DNA of 64,000 nucleotides from Cladosporium halotolerans (taxonomy: Eukaryota). The notes beneath the pieces were generated by a model. The model did no database searches and was not told the DNA's origin. It worked only from the letters and a program-made list of their open reading frames with translations. Positions 35,053 through 46,940 of the stretch are shown one piece after another. The position numbers and the translations under genes were made by a program. The stretch spans positions 1-64,000 of the forward strand of contig NW_027191456.1 in NCBI RefSeq assembly GCF_011745625.1, in the 5' to 3' direction. Every line of letters begins with the position of its first letter. Position 1 is the stretch's first letter.

Positions 35053-36915
35053 ATGTTTGAGAACAGGCGTGTCTACCTCCTCACGGCCGTGGCCTACATG
35101 GGCGCCATGCTCTTCGGTACGCCCTCCGTTCATAGACCCTCAGGGCAAATACGATGCTGACCACGATCTCTCCAGGTTTCGATACCGGAGTCATGGGTTC
35201 CGTCCTCGCCATGGACTCATTCAAGAACGACTTTGGGCTCCCGCTCGGCGACGACGGGTTTTCCTCCGCTGAGAACGCCTACGTTTCCTCCAACGTCGTC
35301 TCACTCCTGACGGCTGGTTCTTTCTTCGGTGCCATCGCCGCAGCCTTCATCAACGAGAAATGGGGTCGCCTCTACACCCTCATGGGCTTCTGCTTCCTCT
35401 TCAACATCGGAGCCGCGCTGCAGACCGCCGCACACCACGACCTCGGTCTCATTTACGGTGGTCGCGTGATCTCTGGTCTAGGCATTGGTGGCTGCAGTGC
35501 CGTCATGTCAGTCTTCGTATCTGAGGCCGCGCCGCCGAAGATCAGAGGTCGCATTGCGGGTCTGTTCCAGGAAATGCTTGTCATCGGTAGCACTTTTGCG
35601 TACTGGCTCGGTGAGTTTCCCCGCTTCGTACGCCATGCTGTGGCTCCAAAACTAACCCACCGACAGACTACGGTTGCAAGCTGCATCTCCCCTCCACCAC
35701 CAAGCAGTGGCGCGTCCCCGTCGCCATGCAGCTCGTTCTCGGTGGCCTCATGTTCATCGGTCTATTCTTCCTCAAGGAGAGCCCTAGATGGTTGTGCAAG
35801 AAGGGCCGCCACGAGCAGGCTATTGCCTCCCTTGCTCACGTAAGATGCAAGACGCCCGACAGCCCCGAGGTTATCCAGGAGATGGCTGAGATCAGGGCGT
35901 CGATTGAGGAAGAATTGAACGCCACCGAAGGCGTGACCTGGAAGGAAACCCTGACGCCCGGCAACCGGTGCGTTACCACCAATTGCATACGATACTCCAG
36001 CAACGGTGGCTGACTTCGCTTCGCAGCAAACGCTTCATCATCGCTTTCGTGATCATGTTCTGGCAGCAGTTTTCCGGTACCAACTCCATTGGTAAGAAAA
36101 GCCACCTTTACAAATCTTCAACCACCTACTAACGCCTACAACAGGCTACTATGCCCCTCAAATCATGCAAACCGTCGGTCTCTCCGCCGCCGACTCGTCC
36201 ATGTTCGCTACCGGTATCTACGGCACGGTCAAAGTCATCGCGACCGGTATCTTCCTGTACATCGGTATCGACCGCTTCGGCCGTAAGAAGTCTCTCGTGT
36301 GCGGTGGCTTCTGGATGTCGTCGATGATGTTCATCATCGGCGCCGTGCTCGCGACGCACCCACCTGACCCTTCCATTTCCGGCGTCAGTCAGGCCAGTAT
36401 CGCTATGGTTGCGCTGATCTACCTGTACGTCATCGGATACAGTGCTTCGTGGGGTCCCGTTCCCTGGGTGCTGGTGTCGGAAATCTTCCCGACCAGGCTG
36501 CGCGCGTACGGTGTTGGTCTTGCTGGTAAGTGATATCTCGCCCCCCAAATCAAAAGGACAACGCACATACTAACACCCCTCCCCAGCCGCAACCCAATGG
36601 CTCTTCAACTTCGTGATCACCAAGATCACTCCGAGCGCAATCAACAGCATCGGCTGGCGCACTTTCCTGATGTTCGCGATCTTCTGCCTGGCGATGTCGG
36701 TCTTCGTCTGGGTCTTCGTGCCCGAGACCAAGCAGCTGACGCTCGAGGAGATCGACGTCGTGTTCGGTGCCGTCAGCGCCGAGACGCGCGCCAAAGATGT
36801 CGAGCTCGCCATCGAGGTGGAGAAGAGCAAGGCTGGTGTTGACCACGAGGAGGGCGACGAGAAGGTCATTGCCGATAAGGAGGAGAAGCTTAAGGCTGAG
36901 GCGGGCAAGGCTTGA
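35053..36915 (+). CDS. MFS sugar porter, quinate permease-like, 6 exons
   Basis: MFENRRVYLLTAVAYMGAMLFG / FDTGVMG, GRVISGLGIG, SEAAPPKIRG, KESPRWL, QQFSGTNSI, DRFGRK, WGPVPWVLVSEIFP, VPETKQLTLEE; five short GT-AG introns. Confidence 0.93.
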
Positions 36916-37754
36916 GGTAGGCTTCTTTTGGATAGAGGATTATTTGTGTGTATGTCAGTTGATGAATATATGATACGACTTCTGTGTGGCACTGTATAGG
37001 GTATTTCCCAAATTGCGGAAGTAAAGATTGCCGGTGTCACAAACCAATTACCTGGTCAGAAGTCAGGTGTGCTGCGTCATTGTCACGAGTGGTGACGGTC
37101 CTCCATTGAGACGATGACTGCTCAAGACCGCACCCACCAGTTTTCGATATCCACCGAATATTAGGGCTGGATCAGGCTAAGAGAGTACAATTACGTTTAA
37201 TTAGAGGCTTTGAGCCAATGCATTGACGTATAGCTTGACACTTGTCCCGCAGCTTCGATGGTGTTCGACAAATGCTACAGTAGCTATGCTCTATTTCTCA
37301 CTGCAGCTGTTCGCTCTACCGTACCATCCGTACAAGCAACCAGTCGAGGCGGGCGTCAGACCCGTCCAAGCGAGCAGCGGAAACGTTATGCACGAGGTAT
37401 CTGATTACCATCGAAAGATCGATCGGGAATAGTGGAGCTTAAGGACGGAGATAATTTCATACTACTGGCGGGGATGTGAACAACTCTGTGCCATGCTCTT
37501 AATGAACTCTGCGTCACGTGATTAATTTGCTGTAACCTCACTTCACATCCCGGATCATGTCACATGCGCACCAACACCAAAGATTATGAACAGCAACACA
37601 CTAATAGCATAATTGTACACATCTAACGATCCCTTTCAGCCCACCTCCTGATTCACCCCCACGCCGACCCCTCCGCCGCTTCGCGGCGGCCCACGCGCGC
37701 TTTTCACATATATATTCTTGTGCAGTTGCCTATGACATAACCAGAAGCATGAGT

Positions 37755-37965
37755 AGGCGATTCGGTCATGTGGCGCAGTGGAAAGCACTATGACGGAGAC
37801 CCCCTGGGTCGGCCTCGCCAGTCATCGAGGACTGCTGACCTGGCACACCCACCGAAAGCAAAATCTGCCTTAACACCGTGGGTTTTCATGACACCCCCCG
37901 AACGAGGTGGGGTGGTTCTTTTGCTCGGTTCGAGTCCGGGACCGTCCTTGTTTCCTTTTCTTTTT
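37755..37965 (+). ncRNA. Putative Pol III-transcribed tRNA-like/structured ncRNA, identity unknown
   Basis: A-box TGGCGCAGTGG 37771-37781, B-box GGTTCGAGTCC 37927-37937 inside a T-arm hairpin, terminal complementarity CGGTC (37763-37767) / GACCG (37940-37944), T-run terminator 37956-37965; no canonical cloverleaf found. Confidence 0.45.
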
Positions 37966-38289
37966 GCTTATTTTGGACAAGGTTCGCGCACGTGACCTGA
38001 CCTTTCTTCACGTAAAGCCTGTCACCCCTTCGCACCACCCCACAGCCAGCGTCACGCCGGCTCCTCCAGATAACCCCCGAAGCACGCATGCATCCGCGAA
38101 TGACCCCCGTTGGAGTGCGCCGAGCACTTGGCTCGCGCTGAGCAGCATCTTCGTACTACGAACGAGTTGGCGTATGTCTTCGCGTCGCGCGATTTGCACT
38201 GTTCATGTCTGAAACAGCCGGCAACCGACTCAAGCTTGAGAATTGATGTCTCCATCGCGAGAGGAAGTAGCATCTCATCCATGCACACC

Positions 38290-38880
38290 TCACGCTCCCT
38301 TTCCACCATCCACGACAAAGAATCTCCCCGTCTTCCTCCCCGCCGTCCCCAACACATTCCACTCTGCACCCTCCTTGCCACTACTCTCCTCCCGCTTCCT
38401 ACGAATCCTCCGATGAAACTTCCCCCTCACCTCCTCAGCCTCCAACGCCTCTCTCAGCGCCTCGAGCCCCAGCTCCGCCGCGCGCTCGCCCTCGGCAGTC
38501 TCGTCGCGCAAGCTCTGCAGCGGCTTGACGCCCGCCGTGTCGGCCTTCTGAATTTCTTTGACGAAGTGAAGCTGCGAGGAGAGAGTCTGCAGCATTTTGG
38601 CCTCTTCGCTCGGCGAGCTGGGAGGCGGCAGGGCGGAGAGTTTGAGGAGGTGGCGGAGTTGTTTGCTTGTGACTTCGGCGGGGGCGGAGTCCGGGGATTT
38701 GGGAAGCAGAGATGAGACCGACCAGGTTGGCTTGGAGAGGAGGTCGTCGATGTCCACTTGTTGGCTGCTGGTGGTTGAGCTTTTGGTGGTGCTTGTTGAT
38801 GTGAGGTGACGTTGAGCGGCGGTCCGGATAGAAGGTGATTGCAGGCCCAGCCTGGTTGCAGGCCGTACGAGAGACGACAT
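38290..38880 (-). CDS. Mitochondrial Glu-tRNA(Gln) amidotransferase subunit (GatC/Gta3-like)
   Basis: Presequence-like N-terminus; LLSKPTWSVSSLL, LRHLLKLSALP, QLHFVKEIQKADTAGVKPLQSLRDET, GRFFVV. Confidence 0.85.
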   Translation of the reverse strand: MSSLVRPATRLGLQSPSIRTAAQRHLTSTSTTKSSTTSSQQVDIDDLLSKPTWSVSSLLPKSPDSAPAEVTSKQLRHLLKLSALPPPSSPSEEAKMLQTLSSQLHFVKEIQKADTAGVKPLQSLRDETAEGERAAELGLEALREALEAEEVRGKFHRRIRRKREESSGKEGAEWNVLGTAGRKTGRFFVVDGGKGA

Positions 38881-39184
38881 CTTGCTGCAAAGGAAACCGA
38901 TGACGTCTCAAGAGTTCTTCTGGTGTTTCTTTTATTTCTCCTTTACGGTTCTGTCATCCATCAAGCCACACGATGCCCACGCGACCCTGAAACGCATGTG
39001 AAGTTGCACCGCGGCAAGCGAAGCACGGATCCTCCGACGTTCGAGCCTCATCTGGAGAAAGATCGATGACATATGCAGCACCCCGATGAGCGTAATACAT
39101 CCGTATAGACGTACGTAGCTCTGTTTATTCCTTCTCAACTCTCTACGACAATCCAAAAACGCACAAAATTCATAATCAGCAACA

Positions 39185-39585
39185 ATGGGTCGCGGCATGG
39201 CAATCCTCGGGCCCGTAATGGCAGCCGGCTTCGGCGTTCTAACCAGTACGAGTCTCTCACCCAGCAAACCCTCCCCTCCTGCCAAAAGACTCTTCAGCCT
39301 AACCCCTTTCCCCTTCGAACAGTATACTCGACGTTTCAACCTGAGCTCGTAAAGGAGCAAGCGCGCCGCGAGGGCACGGACCCGATCTTCGCGAAAGAAG
39401 TCACACCGGCGCAGCACGAGCAGCACGAAGAGCAGGCGACGCAAGCAGAAAGAGACACAGCGATCAGCCGGGCCATGGCGCAGGACTTCAAGGAAGCTGG
39501 GCAACAGGTGCGATCGGAGGGAGGCTTCGCTTGGGGAATTAGGAAAGCTATCTTTGGATCGGGTCATGAGGGGGACAAGAAGTGA
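39185..39585 (+). CDS. Small (107 aa) single-pass membrane protein, 2 exons, not in the ORF track
   Basis: ATG 39185, intron 39246-39322 (gtacga...cttaac...aacag): MGRGMAILGPVMAAGFGVLTIYSTFQPELVKEQARREG...GFAWGIRKAIFGSGHEGDKK, TGA 39583-39585. Confidence 0.7.
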
Positions 39586-40256
39586 TCTGGTAGTTGAGGA
39601 TGGGGAGTCGGTGCATAAGAGACGCTACACCTAGCCCAGGGGGTTGGGCTTTGGTGGATAAACGGGTGTACAGTCGGCCTACTGAAGCGATCCATGAGGA
39701 TTCGCCGGGCTGCTTTGAATCCGTCGGGTGACCGAAGTGCGATGCGAGGACTGCAGGAAACTCGCGAGTGCAGTCTCCGGACAGAGATTGGTGCACCAAT
39801 ACTCGATTTACTCATTCGGGTGGGGAGAGAGCCGCTTCACGCCAAGTATCGACCTTCTTCCTGGCTGCGCACATGAGGATCGAGCTGAGGGCTATTCATG
39901 CAAAAATGCTGGCACACGCAGCAAAATCCTCAGATCGAAACCTTTGCATGGAATCCATGGGGATGCGTTTAGTGATAGGGCGCGACTGAGGAAAGGCATA
40001 TAGCGGCTGTGTACACTAATGAGAAAGAAGATTTAGATGACCGCCAGATCAAGGCAAAGCGGCCAAAAGGCTTGAGCAAACAAGGCTCATATGGATTGTC
40101 TTTCCTATATCTCAGGTTTCAAATTTTGTAATAAGTAATAGAATAGAAAGCAAAACTCCCCCAATACATCGTGAAAACATGCCAAACATTTTTGTCCTCA
40201 TCAAAAGGCACGCGACAAAATCATAGAGGACGTCCGTCGACCGAAAATCGAGACGC

Positions 40257-42548
40257 CTAGAACCTAAGGTCCCACCCGATCTTCGGGCCGATAGTAGGCA
40301 GCTCCTCAGCGACGCTCTGGACGTCCTTGTCGCCACGACCAGACAGGCAGATGACGATGTTCTCGTCCTCCTTCATAGTTTTGGCGAGCTCCATAGCGCC
40401 ATAGATAGCGTGGCTCGTCTCAAGCGCAGGAATGATACCCTCGAGCTCGCTGAGCGTCTTGAAGCCCAGGAAAGCCTCTGCGTCCGTGGCGGCGATGAAG
40501 CGCGCGCGACTGCTGTCCTTCCAGCCGGAGAGCTCGGGGCCGACGCCAGGGTAGTCGAGACCCGCGGAGACGGAGTGCGTGTCCTCGATCTGGCCCTCAG
40601 CGTTCTGCAGGATGTAGGTGCGAACGCCGTGCAGCACACCAGGCTTGCCGCCAGTGAGGGTGGCACTGTGGCGGTCGGTCTCGACGCCGTCGCCGCCGGC
40701 CTCCACGCCCAGGAGCTTGACGCTGGGGTCCTCGGAGAAGGGGAAAAACATGCCGGTGGCGTTACTGCCGCCGCCGACACAGGCGACGACGGCATCGGGC
40801 AGGCGGCCGGTGAGCTCTTGCATTTGCTCCTTGGTCTCGTTGCCGATGACGCTCTGGAATGTGCGAACGATAGTGGGGAAGGGGTGAGGGCCGATGGCAG
40901 AGCCGATGATGTAGTGGGTGGTGTCGAGCTTCTCGACCCACTTACGGAGAGCCTCGTTGACGGCGTCACGAAGGGTGCGAGAGCCGGCCTCGACGGCGTA
41001 GACGGAGGCGCCAAGGAGCTTCATACGGAAGACGTTGAGCGCTTGACGACGGACATCCTCAGCTCCCATGAAGACGGTGCACTTCATTCCGAAGCGAGCG
41101 CAGACGGTAGCGGTGGCAACGCCGTGCTGGCCAGCACCAGTCTCAGCAATGATCTCAGTCTTGCCGAGACGTCTTGCGAGGAGAATCTGGCCGATGGCGT
41201 TGTTGATTTTGTGGGAACCAGTGTGGTTGAGATCCTCGCGCTTGAGGTAGATGTTGGCGCCGTAGCCCTTCTCAGACTTGGCACGCACAAAGTCCGTGAG
41301 GCGATAGGTCTTGTGAAGAGACGAAGGCCTCGACATGTAAGGGTAGTATGACTTGAACTCCTCCCAGAACTTGGGGTCGTTCTTCGCCTCGTTGAAGCCC
41401 TTCTCCAGCTCAGACAAACAATCCATAAGCGACTCCGGAACGTACTGGCCACCAAACTGACCAAATCTCGAAGGAAGCAGTTGAGGCTCTGCGCCCTCCA
41501 TGTTCAACGCCTCAATCTGGTCAGCGAGGCCGGGGCCCTTCTGCTCGGTAATAACGCCGTCGACGTGGACGTTGTTGCCCTCAGGAGTTGCTTCGCTTGC
41601 AGGCTTCTTCGTGGGGTCGGCAGTAGAGATCTCCTTAGGCGCCTCGCCGTTCTCCTTCTCGATCCAGCCACTGCCATCGCCGTGTGCGTTTGCGGCCGTG
41701 CTAATGCCGTGGCCGTTTGTGGTGCCGTTCGGTGCGCTGCGCTGGTTCCTGCGCTGTGTGATGCCGTAGCAGTACTCCTCGACAGCCTTTGCGCCCTGGC
41801 CAGCAGGAGCGTTTTTCAGGGTGTCGATAATCTTAGAGCCAATGACCACACCCTCCGAAAGCTGACCGACCTCAGTGAAGTGTTCCCTTGTGCTCACACC
41901 GAAGCCAACGGCGGCCGGCACGCCTCCAGAGTACTTATGCACGCGATCGACGAGCTCGGAAATGCCAGAGCTCAGGGCGCCTGTCGCGCCGGTGACACCC
42001 ATTCTTGAGACAACGTAGATGAAAGAGTCGGCAATTCCGCAGAGAAGCTTCATGCGCTTTTCCGAAGTCGAAGGAGCAATGAGAGGAATGTACGAGAGGC
42101 CGTAAGTGTTGCAGTGGCCTCTGAAGCGGACGGCCTCCTCAGGCGGCAGGTCTACCATGATGAAGCCGTTGACGCCCGCAGCCACGCAGTCCTTCAGCAT
42201 GCGCTCCTCGCCGTACGCCAAAAGCGGGTTGTAGTATCCCATCAACATAATGGGTGCCTTGAGGCCCTGGCTCCTCGCGTCCTTGACCATTTGCAGGCAC
42301 TTCTTGGTGGTGGTGCCATTCTTGAGAGCGACTGTGTTTGCGGTTTGGATAGTAGGGCCGTCTGCGATCGGGTCTGTGAACGGGATGCCGAGTTCGATAA
42401 CGTCTGCGCCGCCAGCCTCGAGGCTCAGCAGAATCTCCGGAGTCTCGGGGATAGTAGGGTAGCCGGCGGAGACATATGTGACAAGGGCGGGACGGTTCTC
42501 GCTCTTCGCCTTGGCGAAGGCCTTCCTGATTCCCTCAATGCCGCTCAT
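40257..42548 (-). CDS. trpB: Tryptophan synthase, fused alpha-linker-beta
   Basis: [17 protein letters not shown] (alpha); [49 protein letters not shown] (beta); 763 aa, intronless. Confidence 0.98.
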   Translation of the reverse strand: MSGIEGIRKAFAKAKSENRPALVTYVSAGYPTIPETPEILLSLEAGGADVIELGIPFTDPIADGPTIQTANTVALKNGTTTKKCLQMVKDARSQGLKAPIMLMGYYNPLLAYGEERMLKDCVAAGVNGFIMVDLPPEEAVRFRGHCNTYGLSYIPLIAPSTSEKRMKLLCGIADSFIYVVSRMGVTGATGALSSGISELVDRVHKYSGGVPAAVGFGVSTREHFTEVGQLSEGVVIGSKIIDTLKNAPAGQGAKAVEEYCYGITQRRNQRSAPNGTTNGHGISTAANAHGDGSGWIEKENGEAPKEISTADPTKKPASEATPEGNNVHVDGVITEQKGPGLADQIEALNMEGAEPQLLPSRFGQFGGQYVPESLMDCLSELEKGFNEAKNDPKFWEEFKSYYPYMSRPSSLHKTYRLTDFVRAKSEKGYGANIYLKREDLNHTGSHKINNAIGQILLARRLGKTEIIAETGAGQHGVATATVCARFGMKCTVFMGAEDVRRQALNVFRMKLLGASVYAVEAGSRTLRDAVNEALRKWVEKLDTTHYIIGSAIGPHPFPTIVRTFQSVIGNETKEQMQELTGRLPDAVVACVGGGSNATGMFFPFSEDPSVKLLGVEAGGDGVETDRHSATLTGGKPGVLHGVRTYILQNAEGQIEDTHSVSAGLDYPGVGPELSGWKDSSRARFIAATDAEAFLGFKTLSELEGIIPALETSHAIYGAMELAKTMKEDENIVICLSGRGDKDVQSVAEELPTIGPKIGWDLRF

Positions 42549-43167
42549 GGTAGAGTGTTCGCCTTGGGGTGGCTCTGATGAAGGAGATGAGTGTTTGCTG
42601 TGCCAATGCTAGCCGAGCAGTGATTTGGTGATTGCAACGAAGAAGTAGTTTTTAGCTGAATTTGCGATGTGTTTGAAGAGTGTGAGGTTTTGTGTAGGAG
42701 TAGAACGTGAGTAAAGTGCAAAGTTGAGTCAGTGATGTCGATACTCTCGTAGAGATCAATGCGGCGGGGCAGAATTTCAGTCATCTGTCCCCGAGATCGC
42801 GGGCGCCGATCCAGCTGCCGACCAGGGTCCAAGGCCGAGACCAGACGACTTCAGCCTGAGATGCCACGATACATTTCATGGTAAGCGAATTCATAGAGAC
42901 CTTTGTCGAATATGTGTATTAGAAAAGATTGCCTGTGGAAATTGACTGGAGATCGCAGGATTCGAGAGTTCGATGTTTGAGTTGTATGTTGAATTCATTC
43001 GCGGCGTGAGCCGCTTCTATTCTCATCTGACTAAGTAAATCTTTCGCCGGGTTGCGCAGTCCCGTAATCCTGTGTAACAAATCATTCAAACGCCGGCGCT
43101 ACCTTTTTCTAGTCCCTGCAGTCAGGGAAATGTATCACAAAAATTAAGCCAACAACATCAGCAGCCT

Positions 43168-44646
43168 CTACGTGAAGCAAAGGCCACCTTCGCTCTGCTC
43201 AGCTTGCCACACCGTAGCAAGACCCGGGCACTGCGGCATTGACCTGCTCGCACGGCGCTCGATGTGGCTGAGCTGGATGCCAGCGGGTCCCTTCTCCTTA
43301 CTCAAGAGCCTCCTCGCCCAGGCATCGACAGCCGGCTCGCCGGTCTCATCGCGAGCCTGGCGCAGGAAAGGAATCAGCGTGCTGCCGCCCGTGCCCTTGA
43401 GGCCTTTCTTCTCGCCGTCCTTGTCCTTGTCATTGGACTTGGGCCTGTGCGCGAGGTCGACACGCTTCTCGCCGTGCTTTTGGTCCTTGCCGCTTTCGGC
43501 TTCGCTGCGCTTCTTGGCCGCCGCGGACTGGATGATGATGTACCGCGAGACGATCTGGATATGCTTGTCGCGGAGCGCGGAAAGCATGGCCAAACTGGCG
43601 TCGAACGCCACGGTGAGCGCGTGGTCGTACGAGTTCTCCTCGACAAACGAGCGCAGGTTGGCAACCTTGCCAACTTCCTTGAGAAAGCGCGCGTGCGGGC
43701 CAGGCATGTACTTGCGCATTTCGTGGATGAAGCTTGGTGGCGGGGCCTTCTTGGACGAGTGCTGCTCGTCTCCCTTCTTCTGCCCTGTTGGGCGGTGTTC
43801 GACGCTGAGCACAAGGTCGAAGAACTGGATGATGCTGCTCTGCGCGTTGCTGCCGCCGGAGAACTGGACGTAGCGCTGCTTGTTGATGGCGCCGCCGTTG
43901 TCGAAGACCACGCCGTTGGGCAGGCCTGCGTCAGCCATGTTCTTGCTGCCGGCGAGGAATGGACGGATGCGGTTGTAGAAGACGTGCGGGTCGCAGTTAT
44001 CGTACATCTTGGTCAGGAGCACGCCCAGCTCGTCTATGCGCTCGGCGAAGTTGCGCAGGCATTGGATGACCATGTTTCGGTCACCGCGGCGCGCAGCATC
44101 AATGGCATGAAGCATCATCGGAATGAGAGGCGCACCGCGAGCCTCGATCGCCACGCTGACGAGGTAGAACCACTTCTCATCCATCGAGCCGGTGAAAGTG
44201 TGCAGCATGTCCAGGTTGGAGAGAGTGTCGGTGCGCTCAGACTCGAACAAGGGCTTCCAGTTCCACAGAACCAAACCTGCGTATGTAGCCACAGGCGGCA
44301 GCTCCAGATGGTCGCACGTTTCCATTAAAGGAATCGTAATCGGCGGCGGAATCCGCTCAGCAGGCTTGTTGCCGCCCCAGATGTATGCATGCATGATGAA
44401 TCCAAGGATGCTGTATGCTCTGCGCCATTGAGGCAGATCCTGGAGTCTATCCGTAGAGAGGACTGGGAGTTTTTCCACAACACCACGCAATCTCTTGCTC
44501 AGGACGAGGCCCTGCAGGTTCTTGACAATGTCCTCCCATGGTTTGTAGTATTCATCCGGAAGACTTTCAAGAGGAGGTTGGGCAGGGAGGAAGCCGTTCT
44601 CGACGGAGACGTCGTAGTCGGCGAGGTTGGGGATTTGGGCGACCAT
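43168..44646 (-). CDS. Indoleamine 2,3-dioxygenase
   Basis: NGFLP, AYIWG, TYAGLVLWNW, TFTGSMDEKWFY, FYNRIRPFLAG, SGGSNAQSS, RDKHIQIVSRYII (heme His), GTGGS..IPFL. Confidence 0.95.
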   Translation of the reverse strand: MVAQIPNLADYDVSVENGFLPAQPPLESLPDEYYKPWEDIVKNLQGLVLSKRLRGVVEKLPVLSTDRLQDLPQWRRAYSILGFIMHAYIWGGNKPAERIPPPITIPLMETCDHLELPPVATYAGLVLWNWKPLFESERTDTLSNLDMLHTFTGSMDEKWFYLVSVAIEARGAPLIPMMLHAIDAARRGDRNMVIQCLRNFAERIDELGVLLTKMYDNCDPHVFYNRIRPFLAGSKNMADAGLPNGVVFDNGGAINKQRYVQFSGGSNAQSSIIQFFDLVLSVEHRPTGQKKGDEQHSSKKAPPPSFIHEMRKYMPGPHARFLKEVGKVANLRSFVEENSYDHALTVAFDASLAMLSALRDKHIQIVSRYIIIQSAAAKKRSEAESGKDQKHGEKRVDLAHRPKSNDKDKDGEKKGLKGTGGSTLIPFLRQARDETGEPAVDAWARRLLSKEKGPAGIQLSHIERRASRSMPQCPGLATVWQAEQSEGGLCFT

Positions 44647-45699
44647 GGTGAACGGAGTTTGGTATGGATGCCAGACGCAGGCTTGCGACGTTGGAGACCG
44701 TTACTGAGGGTCTGGACGCAACGTGACAAGCCCAGCCGTACTATGCTCTTTTTGAGGTCTCCTGCCCTTGTCGTCTCTCGGTCTGAACGAAGATATCGTT
44801 CAATGTGTGGCGGGCGCGCGGATGGCCGATAGTTGTTGACTTCTTACAAATGCGTCGAGTCGGAGTGACGAATCTGTATTCGAAATCGGTCGCGTGATGT
44901 CGTCCAGACGGGATGTGCGAGCGTCTAGAGCCTTGTGGAGAGTAACCCAATGTCTATATCGAAATGTATGGTCAAAGCAATGGTATTTGGTTTGTGTGTG
45001 TGAAGCAGGCAGAGTGTCGTGTGTCTAGCGTGTACCAGAGAAGAGGGGTATGACGCTGAGGCAAAAGTGCACCGGGTCGGCGGTTCGGATGCTGGCGGGA
45101 AACCTTGCTTTATCGTTGGAGGTGCGCACAATGCGAAAGCCAGATCGGGCTCGCGATTTGGGTGAAATATGCAGGCTGTGATGTCGCAAGAGGGCCGCGC
45201 TGCGCTCTGATGAGAAATGCAGGCCCCCACTCTTCAACGACCCCTCCAGATCCGGAGTCCGATGTAGGCGCGCCGAATCTGCACCCCGGTGCCCAGACCA
45301 CTTCCAATGCCATTCTGCAGATATTGCTTCGCGCGCCCAGCTACGGGATCAGAAAAAATCACATGCGCAGAACCAACCGTCCGATTTCGAGCGGAACATC
45401 ACCCTAATTCGCTTTTCTGAGATGTGTCGTACGGTATACACAACAAAGTGTGCTGGATTCGCCTCATCTCGTCAATGAATTACACATCGATAAGACGTTA
45501 TCTCCGCTGTCGCCACGCCACATTCCGCACAAGCACGTGACAGGAAACCGATGGCCTTAGTCAAGTGGATATTCCAGAAGTCAAATTCTACTTCAGCCTA
45601 ATACTAAGGGATTAGGTTTCAAGAAGATGCAGAGTAATTTGCACACCATACCAGCGCAACGCCGCGGAATTTATCCTTCTGCAAGGCGGCGTTGCTAGC

Positions 45700-46575
45700 A
45701 TGACACTCTCTGACCACCATGAACTTATTTCGACTGTGACCGAGCTCAAGAGTTTACTCAACACGTTGGCTGCTGTTGATCTTGACAACACCCTCATTCT
45801 TCCGTCGACTGAAACAGGCGTGCACTTACCTGACGTCTTCGATGTGAATGCAGCAATGGCAGCAGGCTTCAGTGCCGAAGCCGTTTTGGTGTTGTCGGCA
45901 CTACCCTATTTTGATGCATCCGTCCGTTTGGGTCATAGCGTATCTGAATTGGTCTACATAGGGTGCGACCAAGGCGCTATTGAATCATGCCGCGAGGTTT
46001 TGGGAAAGGATGCAATGATGCCTCCCGAGGCTTTGTCCTTGACGCTGTCAGAGGGCGGTTATGGGATCCAATACGTCTACGACACTGAGGAGAGTAAGAC
46101 GCGCATGCTCGCTTGAGCCGGTCCTGGTCTACATGCTGATGTTGTATTAGAAGTCATATACCCCTGGGCACCTGTCCTAAACACCCCACCAACCGAAGAT
46201 GAAGACGAAAGCATTGGTCAGGGCGAACTCTACAAGTATGTCGCTCCAAAATCGCCGCGCGAAGCTTTGCAACCGGTGATTGACAGGTTCCGGAAACTTC
46301 ATATCATCATGCGCCCGCTCATGGTGGAGGAAGATATGAACCTTGAATTCAACGAGGACGATGACTATGAACATGTATTGCCTGAGGTCGTTGACCCTAA
46401 AGATTTAAAGGTTTGGCAGGCGGTAATGCACCTGAAGGACTTGTACCTTGAATGCGGATGGGACGTTAATTCGGTGAAGCAAACTACTTTCCGGCGAGAC
46501 GAGTTCCTTGACAAAAGAAGACGCTATCTGCTAGATTTTGTCCAGCCGTTGGAGGACTCAGATGAAGATGCGTAG
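45700..46575 (+). CDS. Hypothetical acidic protein, 2 exons
   Basis: ORFs 45700-46116 and 46267-46575 joined by probable intron ~46094-46151 (gtaaga...gctgat...tag); KDLYLECGWDV...FRRDEF segment looks like a conserved fungal hypothetical-protein motif. Confidence 0.65.
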
Positions 46576-46603
46576 TTTTGCGGCCATGCGTAGTTTTGCG
46601 GCC
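46568..46603 (+). repeat. Perfect 18-bp tandem duplication spanning the stop codon
   Basis: atgcgtagttttgcggcc x2. Confidence 0.9.
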
Positions 46604-46940
46604 AGAGCACAGTCGTCGCAAGGATGTGCCAAATTCTTAGGCAACCCGAGGGTCAGCTAATGTATGCCGATAGCAAGTACTTTGCACTGGGCCACTTTCG
46701 CAGTCTGGCGATCAATGGTCAAGAGTGAACCTGAAAAATACTCGATATTCCTTCACACGCTACGTCAGCCTTCCACTCGCTCACGTCAGACAGAATTGGG
46801 TGGCAAAGTAAGATGTTTTGATTATTATCTTCTCTTCTCCTTCCGCATCCCACACATCTATCCCCTCGAGACAATGCCTGCGTTACTCCCAGTTTAACCT
46901 CTTGAGTGCCAGCCGCAATTTGATCGACAGAAACAAATCA

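Noticed and set aside
37764..37948. Canonical tRNA gene
   Set aside because: Acceptor stem and anticodon arm could not be built; kept only as a tRNA-like Pol III candidate.
38932..39567. 211-aa minus-strand ORF
   Set aside because: Better explained as antisense to the spliced plus-strand gene at 39185-39585.
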